A DNA stretch of 64,000 nt, taken from contig OZ287069.1 of the NCBI GenBank assembly GCA_965645245.1, forward strand, positions 2,666,001 through 2,730,000, read 5' to 3'. This DNA is from Massalongia carnosa (lineage: Eukaryota). This document shows positions 12,870 to 23,500 of the stretch, piece after piece (within the stretch, counting starts at the first letter, position 1; each line of letters opens with the position of its first letter). Both the position numbers and the translations under genes were made by a program. The notes beneath the pieces were generated by a model that saw nothing but the letters and a program-made list of their open reading frames with translations, was not told where the DNA came from and did not search any database.

Positions 12870-13483
12870 CCGGTCGAGGTTTACCTCTTTTCGTCATCTT
12901 TAAAGGAGTCAACAAGCAAAAGGCCTGATATGATGTTCTGAAAAACATTCACAGTGAAATCGCTTTCAGCGAAAACGAATGAACAGACAATGAACTAGGT
13001 CTTGATTGATTGAAGAAGTGTTTTGAACCTGCTACTGCAAAATATCTACACTATGAATATCGACTTCTTATAGTAGATGATCATGCTTCTCATATTTCTA
13101 CCGAATTCATCAAGTTTTGCAACGAAAAGAAAATCATTCTTTTGTGTCTACCTCCACCTACTACTCATATGTTACAACCTCTAGACGTGAGTGTTTTTGA
13201 GCCCTTATCACGAGAGTACAAAAAAAAATTGAAGATCGTCACTCGATTCAACGTCTGTTCAGTCGATAAGGTGGATTTTCTGATAATCATTCAAAAAGCA
13301 AGAAAAGAAGCAATCAACACAAAAAACGTGCTCACTGCATGAAGAGCAACCGGATTAGTATCATACAACCCGTCATCAGTTCTTCAAAAACTCACTAATA
13401 AACAATCGATGTTGTGAAAGACTAATAGCATCATCACCACTACCACCACTACCACCATGATGAATATCACTTCGTCCTCCCGT

Positions 13484-14762
13484 TGTCATGGTATGAACTG
13501 AACACCTGAAAGTTCATTGAACTTCCATCTACGGTTTCCGTATATGGACCTTTAAGGGTTAGCTCGGTCGCACGGGAACGAACTTACCGCATTGAGCTTA
13601 GGGTGTCATTCAGGAGGCATATAGGAAATCTCTGCAAGCAAGCAATGCTTTTCTCTTCGTGTTCGTCTTGTTTGACTATCATGTAGTATAGTCTAGAGTA
13701 AAGCACAGTTCCACCACATGGATAGGACCATTACCTACCTACCGTGACATTACGAACACCTCCCATACTCCAGTGTGGTCCCTGTTTCTTATTTGTCCAG
13801 CCATGTCTTCCTCAGCCTCTCCAGCTGTCGACACTCCAGCATCTACTTCTCAGCCCCTTCGAGTCCCGATACTCGGGGGAGGTCTTGACCTTTCAGCAAT
13901 CGCGGCCACTCAGGAGGGATGGGCACAGTCGACCCAGGCCTACCCGAGGGAATGGTATCGTTACACACATCGTCTCATCAATTTCGCCTCCGCAGCCGAG
14001 GGTGCCATCGAGGAAAGGACGCGACAATACAACCTCCTCGAGGCGGAACATAACAACATCCTTGCCCAACTCCAAGCCTCCAACGACGAGCTCATAACCG
14101 CTCGTGCCATGATATCTGTCTTCCGTCAGCAAATCCAAGAACATCAGTGCCAACCTACAATCAGGGGGGACAGTCGCTCTGAAAAGCTCCCTGACGTTCC
14201 CAAGTTTTGCGGCAATAAAGATGAGCTTCGTTCCTGGACCACGCAACTCCACCTCAAACTCTTTGTCAATGCTGATCGGTACACAGGGCCCAAGGCGGGT
14301 CTTATTTATGCTATTAGCCGACTAGAGGGCTTGGCCCTTTCCCAAATTCAACCATATGTGAAGTCCGAAAGCGAGATCGTTCTTGAAGACGTTTCGGCAC
14401 TACTGGTGATGCTAGAAAGAGCTTTTGGTGACCCGGACAAGAAGGCAACGGCCCAGTGGGAGCTACGTTCACTTCGTCAGCGAAATCGGGAATTTCATGT
14501 ATACCTCTGTGAATTTCAACGCTTGGCCCCTGACACAAATTTCGACGATGAAGCTCAGCGCTCAGCCCTCCTGGATTGGGTGAGCAATGAACTTAAGCAA
14601 CTTTTGGTCACTCAGGACTTACCGAACGAGCTGAACGGACTGATCTCCTTGCTCCAGAAGCTGGATACTCGTCAGCGTAATGTAAACGCCTCCCTCCGGA
14701 AACCCTTCTCGTCTCGGTCCCCCTCGTCGTCCCCTACAGGGAGCACCCCCCCTACCGTGACA
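13484..14762 (+). mobile_element. Internally deleted Ty3/gypsy (chromovirus-like) LTR retrotransposon: 5' LTR, partial gag, last ~12 bp of 3' LTR; TSD CCCGT
   Basis: LTR 13484-13749 (TGTCATGG...CCTACCGTGACA). CCTACCGTGACA recurs at 14751-14762. CCCGT at 13479-13483 and 14763-14767. Confidence 0.88.
13803..14762 (+). pseudogene. Truncated retrotransposon gag
   Basis: EKLPDVPKFCGNKDELRSWTTQLHLKL..YAISRLEGLALSQI..LERAFGDPDKKATAQWELRSLRQRNREFHVYLCEFQRLA, a Retrotrans_gag-like capsid segment. The ORF runs on into host transposon sequence until 14849. Confidence 0.85.
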
Positions 14763-16194
14763 CCCGTCCTAACACTCCGACAACTCTTCAAAATTCTCAC
14801 GAAGTTATCGTTGAAATTGAAAAGACACCTGCAAATATCGATCAAATAAATTAACTGATTCGTCTAATTCGGAATGATGAAGAATCAGACTTGACCCCCG
14901 TCCGAGCTCTAAATAAATTGATAAAAGGGGCTAAATACGCCTTTGCAGACTCCACCTTGCTACGTATCACCAACACCGAGCTTCTTCAGGCCAATGTACG
15001 ACGACATCATCGAGCCAATCGTAGCGAGGCTCATTATGAAGGAAAGACTCGAGCCCTAAGCCTTAAAGACGTTCAACAAAGACAGCAATGAGCCAATGAT
15101 AAACAGAAGATGAAGGACGACAAAAAGAAGACCGCTCAGCTAAAACGAGCCGAGCAGGACCTTATCAAAACTTTCAGAGAAATGTGTCGATTTGAACCTG
15201 ATTTACTAGGACAAATGTGTACTGCATCTTCGACGAAAAGTCCTCAGAAAGCACCTGATATTTCACAAAGTAGGCCCATTTGTTCTTTGAAAAGACTATT
15301 ACTACCCCCTCCCATGCTTCAATCAATGACAGAAGAGGTAGAAATAGCGAAGAGGATAGAGGGGGTGGAGGAGGTGAAGGAGGTGGAGGGGGTGAAGGAG
15401 GGTGGGGGGGTAGGGGTGGAGGTGGAGGTGGAGGTGGAGGTGGTGGAGGAGGTGGTGGAGGAGGTGAAGAAGGTTCAAACTACCAGACGGGATCGTATTG
15501 TACGTCAACCACGTAAAATGTGATTAATTTGCATGCAGACAAAATATCAGTTCCACGTCTAATAGACATTGAAGCCGAGTTTTCATGTAAAACGGGTGAG
15601 AGGTTAGGCTTAAGAAATTAAGCGAAATTTAGTTAGTCCCGTTGCACGTGAGTTACGTTATCACAGTGCCACAGCTGTGGCGCTGTGGCGCTGTGGCGCT
15701 GTGACTGAGCCTGTACTCGTGTCGCTCAGAAATTTGTCTGTTTCCTATTCGCGTTAGTACCACCCAAAATCAGAGGCGGTAGATACAAAGGTATTTGCGG
15801 GTTCAAATGAAGCAATTCTATTGGTCATACTCCCTGCCATGTACTATGTACTAACACGAGTACAGTGAGTAGAAAGCTGAGTACTCCGACGACTTCTACA
15901 ACATGCTCACTCCATTAGTAATCAGGGATTCCTTTACATTTATATGCATATCACTGGCTTAAACGCAAATAATAATCACTCTGAGCAAGAGTTTGATTCT
16001 GTACAGCGTGTTGGGTAGAATAGTTACATAGTGGTCTAAATTAGTTACTAGCTTTACTACAGAGTATCTATCCCTTCGCGACATCGTGTATACCGTCTCA
16101 TACTCGTACCGTTGGTGTCCTGCTCTGGTTACAAGCCACTCAAGAATTAAACATGTATTGGTAGAGCGCCACCAGGAGTCTCGTAAACGAGATT

Positions 16195-17458
16195 CTAGGA
16201 AAAAATCATCCTCAACGGGGAAGGTTTCTTCGTCTTCTTCTCAACCTTCTCCTTCTCTTTCTTTGACTTCCCCGACTTCGCCGACTTCGAGCTTTTGGAA
16301 CTATTACTCTTCTTGCTAAGAGCGCTCTCAGTTTCGCTGGCTGCTTTGGAGCTTCGATGTTTCCGGCGAGAACCTCTATCGACCTCCTCATTCAGATTCA
16401 ATCTCGAAAGAGCAGCCGCCGTAGGCGTAATGAATTCTCCGTCAACGCTAGTACCAACACTTTGTTCTTCCACTTCCGCAATGCCGCGTCTCCAGGTATC
16501 AATTCGACTCACATCTCCACCTATTTCAAGCAACTCCTCCATGCCAGTATCATCTTCTTCATTTCGAGCCTTGATCTTCTTGATGATCTTATATCCTCCT
16601 AGTGCGACGATTGTCACCCCTACGCCGACGCCAGCTGCTATAAGAAACTGTGGACTTGCCAGCAAAGCGAATACAGCCGGTGCACTTCCCTTCATGGCGG
16701 TAAGAACCCCTGGAGCCATTTTGGTAGCAACGTTGCTGATTTCAGCTAACGTTAAAGCCACAGCCGCCATTGCGTCGGGGTTTTTCTGCAGGGAAGCGAT
16801 AATGGCGGTAACAGAGTAATGAACACAGTCCGCTTCTTCTAAAAGACCTTTTACCTTTCCAACAAGGCCCTTAAATTCAGCCTCTTTATCTAAACGGGCT
16901 ACAGGCAGAGGTGGCGGGATGTCCCCGTATGCCAGATCCATGTCTATGTGGGATGGCGAGGACATGGTTCGGCGAGGAGCTAGTGGTAATGCAGAGTCTC
17001 CATCGCAAGCAGTATGCCGTCGGGTCAGTTCCCAACGTTGTGATAATGGATATGCCTCATGTGTATCCTGTTCTAAGCGTCCATGAGACTGTGTGTATAC
17101 TGTGTCGGTGAGGCTTCGAGGCGAACCGTCAGAGTACTGGCTCGCGCTGATAGATCTTCGGCTTGCATGTTTCGACCTTGAGGACCTCCGAGATGAGGTC
17201 GATGAGCGATCATTATCTCCACCGGATGCCCTCAATTGATAGACCCTCTTTTCTTCTAGGTGATACTGTCGACCAGCAATAATCTCGGCCTTTCTTTCAC
17301 GGTATGCGCATTTAGCTTCTTTGAAGACGTTAATAAGATGCTTGCTCTAAAATCCAGCTGTCAGCAAAATGAAACGCAAGAAGAATGTGGCAACCTACTG
17401 TGCTTACAACCTTGCCAGACCGATCAACGACGGCAATCGTCTGACCTAGCGCTGCCAT
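16195..17458 (-). CDS. Conserved uncharacterised Pezizomycotina protein with a C-terminal hydrophobic segment
   Basis: Exon 17458-17399 (MAALGQTIAVVDRSGKVVST), intron 17347-17398, then SKHLINVFKEAKCAYRERKAEI...LQKNPDAMAAVALTLAEISN...LLASPQFLIAAGVGVGVTIVALGGYKIIKKI. Confidence 0.8.
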
Positions 17459-20045
17459 GATCAACAGCTAGGCTAATTAAATTAGGTCTTCTCGTAAGTT
17501 TTCTTGATGATGTAGGTAATTTTGGCGTTGCAACCGATCTTGCTTGAATCGTGTTGCTTAGAGGAGTTTGCCTACAAGTACGTGGCGACCTTTCTGTAAA
17601 GCTTCAAAGGATAAATGACAAAGAAAATCAGTCACAGTGTGAGCTTAGATACTTCACAATAGACAATAAAGAAGGAAATGCTTGGTGGTTATGATGTCGT
17701 CTATCTACCTTACTTGGTTTGGGTGAAGCATTGTCGAGGGCGCTAAAATATTGATCCCTGAGGCGGTTTCTGCCCAAACATGTTCTGGCCAAATCACGGT
17801 GGAGTGATGAGCAGAACTAATATTTGACGATTTCATTTTGAGTCGAAGCTGATGACTCGTATACTCAATATTGCGCTTCCGATTGCTCGCTTTCTTTGAC
17901 CTTATTCGGTTCAAGCTTTGGACGGGCGCCTCTTTCCAAGCTTGTTTGTCTTGTGTTAGTTCTCAATCTGGTCACGGGGCATTGCTTGGATTTCAAGAGT
18001 CTGGAACGTGGCGCGCGCCAGGTTACAATAGGGTTCTTAGCATTCGTACCATCAGCTTAAGTTTGTTCTGCTTGCTCTGTATTTCAATAGAGAAACACGG
18101 AGGTAGCGAAAAGTGAATTGTCAGGTCATGCAGAGTGACGCATACGAATCAGGCGCAGTCCGACGCTAATTAACTAGGTGTCCGGAACCTCCGCAAGAAA
18201 TCCTCCACATTCATTCCTCAACTTCTTCAGATCTCAGATCTCACTTCTCACTTCTCCGTACTCTGTAAATGAATTAATAAAAGGGTTCTATACTTTTGTC
18301 TCCATGGCGACTTTCCTTCAAGCAAAATGCTGAGCTTATATCATGATCAGTTGTCAACTGTTTAGTGTCCACCGTTGGTTAGGCAGCTGTAAACATTTCT
18401 CTCTCCAATGTTGTGTTGTATGATTTTTGCTGTGAATGATTAATTGAATTATACCTCTCAGGCGGTATTATAAAGCTTTGACATGCTACGTGGACTAGGA
18501 TAATTATTATCCACAGCCGTGGAGGTGTTGTTCGGTGTTGTCCGGTGTTGAAAATGTTTGACAATTCTCAGGAGCACGAAGAATATCACATGATTTAAGA
18601 GTATATCTAGGTACCTAAAACATGATCGCACTCTGCTCCCTAACATCATACTCATCAATAGATATAGTGTTTCATAAGGTGCTCTGTTGGGTTTCAAGCA
18701 GTAAGCTTGGTGGTACGATTGCACGAAAATCAAAGTCTTGAATCACGGCAGTATGCGGTTCGTAAAATAGGCATAACGCTAATAGATACCTACATCGCAT
18801 TCACAGATAGTTGGCCAAGGATACTAACCAAGCCTCATTATGTACCATATGATTTCTATACTTGCCTTGTTGAAAAGCCCTTCTGAATCATGCTACTCTG
18901 TATATCGTGACCTAGGATATGTACAGCTGATACTTCACAGAACGCTGGAAAGTTGTCTGCGTCTGTAGCTACGCAACCCATGGCGAAACATTCATAACAC
19001 CAGTCGAGAGCTCCCATTTTGCTGTTGATGACCTAGTACGGTTTGTCTGTCTCCTTTTTGATGCAGCTGATCCATTCAGTTGCATACTTTTTCTTTTCTT
19101 CTCCTAATCGCTATTGTAAACCTTGGCTGTAATGAGTAAATGCGGATTAGAAACTTTGTTTTGACTGCTAACACATGAAGGAGACCTTGTCGGCACGTTG
19201 CAGAGATGGATGGTTTGGAATTGATTCCAGATACGCTACTGTTAGGGCAACACCAGCATGCCACATATTTTGTAACTTGAGTATTGATTTGGGGCCCATG
19301 GATTCTCCAGAGTCCAAACACGTTTACCGAAGGCAAATATTCTTGGAGGCATTCCTTACGTATTCGACGTCGTGTGCGAGTTTATTGAGAGAAATTGCAA
19401 GAACGTTAACTTCCATCAAGATGCCTTCACAGTAGCTATTATATAGGATATCCATTTAGATGAAATTGCTAACGTAGAACTGCATGGTTTCAAGAAGGCT
19501 CCTGCATACGTTGACCATGGCATCAGGGGCCAAAATATCCTTTTTGAATTGTGGACTTTGACAATCTCCATGAGTGCTATGTCTGTCTTTCCATGAACTT
19601 TGGGCACTTCCATAAGAAATCGGCCGCCTCGATTCGGATGCAGAACTTGGTCACCAACAAGGCCAGGATATCTCCGATATCCTTGCTGTTTTGATTGGGC
19701 AGGCAGAGTTCTCTGGATAAATCAATTGTTTTGAAGTCTGAACAGAAGAAGGACCCTGGTCGGGTCAGCACCCAACAATCATTTTCATCAAGAAAGAAAT
19801 AACGTTAAGTCTAAGCTGACTCTTCTCATATAGTCTAGGTTTTCCTTATGTTAAGAGTTCGCTGTTTGTCATTCATATTATATAGATATGGGTATTTATG
19901 ATTGGAGGACTGTGAGAAAAGTAAGAAAATTTAGCTAGTTAGGCAAGATGCCGCTAGCGCAGGACTAACATTGCTCAAATTTCATTGTCAACTAGCTACA
20001 AGGTTCGCGAGGCCCGAGGCTTACTGTACAAATTATATTACCTTA

Positions 20046-20242
20046 TCCCTTCGTCTGGCAATTTGGCAGCCATTTAGGTAAATGATTATTCTAAAGAAAT
20101 TGTAGATGTTTTAATGATTTTCAACTGATGTTTACCTTCTTATTTACAAAAAAAGGGGAGAATGTTTTGAAGTTCGCGACTCAGCCCTACGGTATCTCAC
20201 TAAGCCTATTTAAGGTGGCTGCCAAATTGCCAGACGAAGGGA
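20046..20242. mobile_element. MITE (197 bp), 27-bp perfect TIRs, TA TSD (Tc1/mariner-dependent type)
   Basis: TA|TCCCTTCGTCTGGCAATTTGGCAGCCA ... TGGCTGCCAAATTGCCAGACGAAGGGA|TA with an AT-rich non-coding interior. Confidence 0.9.
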
Positions 20243-20477
20243 TAGATGTAGAAAGGAGTTGGAAGAAAGGCCACTTACACAGATGCATTGCTACCGAATA
20301 TTGAACTCCCATGAGATTAGCCAAAGGATACTTAATGTTAGCTTGTCATAACTAGTTTTTCTGGACTTTCTAGAGAAGGTTTTTTGACATTCAAAGAGTA
20401 CTCATGGCAACAGTAGACGAATCCTAGCGGCAGCCAGCCGAAGCCTCTCTTGATCATCAAACCATAATAATCCATCA

Positions 20478-23400
20478 ATGGCACCTGCTCTATCGGTCAT
20501 TAGTAGCGGCGAGGATATATACACTGGCATAGACCGTGTCGATTTAGATGCTGGTATTGTCTTTGCTGATCGGAATGGCGATCCCCAAGTTGATGGCCCA
20601 GAACCTATTTTGCTCCATAAAGTGAAGAACCAGAAGTCGATACTTGCTCTGGCTGTGTCTGACTCAAAACTATACGCAGGCACTCAGGGTGGAGAGCTAC
20701 TAGTGCATAAGAATGAGTCTCATTATGAGGTCCCTCAGAAGCTTACATTTTGAACTAGGTTTGGTCGTTGGAAACATATGAGCTCTTGTTCAATATCATT
20801 GCGCATAGAGGTAGTATATTATGTCTCTTCCTCTCCGCGGATAAGAAACTCCTTCTATCCAGTGCTGGTGATGCTATCGTGAATGTAGGGAGTTAAGTCT
20901 TCAGAACGCTGTCGTAGCTAACTTCATGAAGGTTTGGTGCCCGAGTTCTTTAAAGAGACTGTACTCAATCTATTCAAAATACGACGTTGGTGATGTTTTC
21001 TCTGTGGTGTACTCTGCCGAGCTACAGACGGTGTACTTGGGCGCGCAAAACACAAGCATACAGGTACAGCTCATTAAACAACAGGGTTGTCCTGGGGCTA
21101 AACTCCCTGCAGTGGTATGACATTTCAAAAAGGGATTCCAGACCAACCCCAGACCTGACCGCGCATCCATCCCAAAGAAACCATCGATTCTTTGATTCCA
21201 AAGGGCCTGGTGGTGTAATCACTCCTCGCCCGTCTACATCTACTTTGGATGTCCACGGAGGCCAAGATCTCGAGATTGACAAAGACCACATTCTTCAGTA
21301 CGCACATTATGGATACGTATACTGTATGCTGCTCGCAAAAGATGTGAATGGCCGTGATTTAAGCGAAGAAAGCTTGATATCTGGTGGTGGCGATGGAGTC
21401 ATCAAGATATGGACATTAGATCGTAAAACGGGGGAGATTGATAGAAACCCATTGTCCTTGGAGAATGGCGACGATTCTATCCTTACAATAGCCCTTGATG
21501 GTACACTTCTGTATAGCGGGCGGTTGGATGGGGATATCAATGTGTGGGACCTCGATACTTGTCAATTAATCCGGCGCGTCAAAGCCCACAGAGCAGATGT
21601 TCTCACTTTGGCTATTGGACATGGTCTTATATTCACGGGTGGTGCAAATGGATTTGCAAAGGTAAGCTCCCTAATTATGTACTCTTTTAATTTGCTAACA
21701 CGCCTTGTAAGAAATTCAATTCGCGTTACGAATGTATCTCGAGATGGAAGGCGCATGATCGGCTTATTCTCGCTTCAGCAGTTGCCAGCTACAACGGAAA
21801 AGCAATATATGTCACAGGAGGAAACGATGACTGCGTCGCAATTTGGGATGTGGACGATTGTGTCAAACACTCACATACATCGTCAATGACCAGCAATGGT
21901 TTGTAACAACGTGCTACAGAACCTGCTGGGTATGATGCTAACATTAGATGTAGAACAACTTCTCATGTCGCTTAGTGAGTTGGTATCATTTCCAACAGTA
22001 TCCTCCAAACCCGAATATGCTGCAGATTGCCGCCGAGGTGCTTCATGGCTGAGAAATCTCTTTAAACGCTTTGGAGCTGTAACGAGAATGTTCAACACTG
22101 AAGACAGTCGGAATCCTATTGTTTTTGCACGGTTTAAAGGTAAGAATTCAAAGTCTCAGGCAGGCAAAAGGATATTATTTTATGGTCACTATGACGTTGT
22201 CGCGGCCGAGAACGAGCAGAATTCTTGGAACACTAGTCCGTTTGACCTGCAAGGGGTGAATGGGTACCTTTATGGTCGAGGTGTATCGGATAACAAAGGC
22301 CCAGTACTGGCTGCTTTGTATGCAGTAGCAGACCTTGTGGCCGCTCAGCAACTGAGCTCCGACATTGTTTTCTTGGTGGAGGGCGAAGAAGAATGTGGAT
22401 CGCGAGGATTCCAAGAGACGGTGAAGAGACACAAGGATGAGATCGGCACTATTGACTGGATTCTGCTGGCAAATAGCTATTGGCTTGACAATGATTTTCC
22501 GTGTCTCACCTATGGGCTTAGGGGAGTCATTCATGCCACGATCCAGGTTGAGAGTGAACGGCCTGACCTTCATAGCGGGGTTGATGGTAGCCATCTTATA
22601 CACGAAGCGCTAAAGGATTTAATTGCACTGCTGGCGACCTTGACAGACCCACAGGGTAAAGTTAGCATTCCCGGATTTTATGATCCTATCCTTGAAATCA
22701 CCGATGCCGAGAATGGGTTATACGATACAATCAGCGAAACTTTACTCCGCCGTAACCCAAACCTGGGAAATGCAAAGAGTCTGTCCGATTCTTTCAAGGC
22801 TCGATGGAGAGAACCATCATTTACCATACATCGTATTGAAACTTCTGGTCCTGCTAATTCCACAATCATATCTCGCAAAGCAACCGCGGCGCTGTCAATA
22901 CGTCTTGTCCCAGACCAAGACACTGAATCAATAGCTGCAGCTTTGCAGGCCGCCCTCCGAAATGCTTTCATGAAGCTGAATACGTCCAACGAACTCAGCA
23001 TCATAATTAACAACCAAGCTGAACCATGGCTTGGAGACCCAAATAACCAACTCTTCCAAACTCTCGAAGAGGCCATCATGGAGGTCTGGGGCCCGATAAG
23101 GGATCCACGGCGAGGCTCTGCTGCAAGTACAAAATCGCCCTTGAAGAAAGCCGCAAAAGGGCCAACTAGCCCGACCAGCCCGGTAACATCTTCAACTCTT
23201 TCCAACAGTAGCGATCAATTCTCTCAGGCAATCTCAGATCTTGCTATAGATAACCATGTAGAAGTACCAACGTCCCGCTCCCGCACTCCGATGAAGCAGA
23301 AGCCGCTGTATATCCGCGAGGGAGGTTCAATTCCGGCAACTCGTTTTCTAGAGAAAGAGTTTGATGCTCCAGCAGCCCATCTTCCGTGTGGGCAAGCCAG

Positions 23401-23500
23401 CGATAGCGCTCATCTAGACAACGAACGTTTAAGGCTATTAAATCTTTATAGAAGTCGGGATATATTTAAAAAAGTCTTTCGAGATTTACCTTTGAGGTGA
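20478..23500 (+). CDS. DUG2: Glutathione degradosome subunit Dug2 (WD40 repeats plus M20 peptidase)
   Basis: Spliced WD40 repeats (SILALAV..LYAGTQGG, LISGGGDGVIKIW, LYSGRLDGDINVWD) followed by M20 motifs ILFYGHYDVV, LYGRGVSDNKGP, EGEEECGS, IREGGSIP, AHLDNER. About five introns. Confidence 0.9.

Larger units (their letters stand above)
12028..15523 (+). pseudogene. Fot1/pogo transposase pseudogene (HTH, CENP-B-like HTH, DDE_1)
   Basis: After removing both insertions it reads VSKSTLHAR..LLTPEEKDAL, DIYNMDEKGFMM, GNREWVSLIESICTTGR..PLFVIFKG, SENE*TDNELGLD*L, RLLIVDDHASH, LCLPPPTTHMLQPLDVSVFEPL, RPNTP, with many in-frame stops. Confidence 0.9.
11878..15658 (+). mobile_element. Degenerate Fot1/pogo-type DNA transposon containing two nested LTR-element insertions
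   Basis: Right end ...GTTAGTCCCGTTGCACGTGAGTTACGT|TA (15658). The left end shares GCAACGGGACTAA and CGTTTTACAT..GCTTCAA in inverted orientation. Left boundary is approximate. Confidence 0.85.

Noticed and set aside
15280..15516. Gly-rich and His/Leu-rich ORFs
   Set aside because: These are alternative frames of a GAGGTG microsatellite in the Glu/Val-rich tail of the transposase pseudogene.
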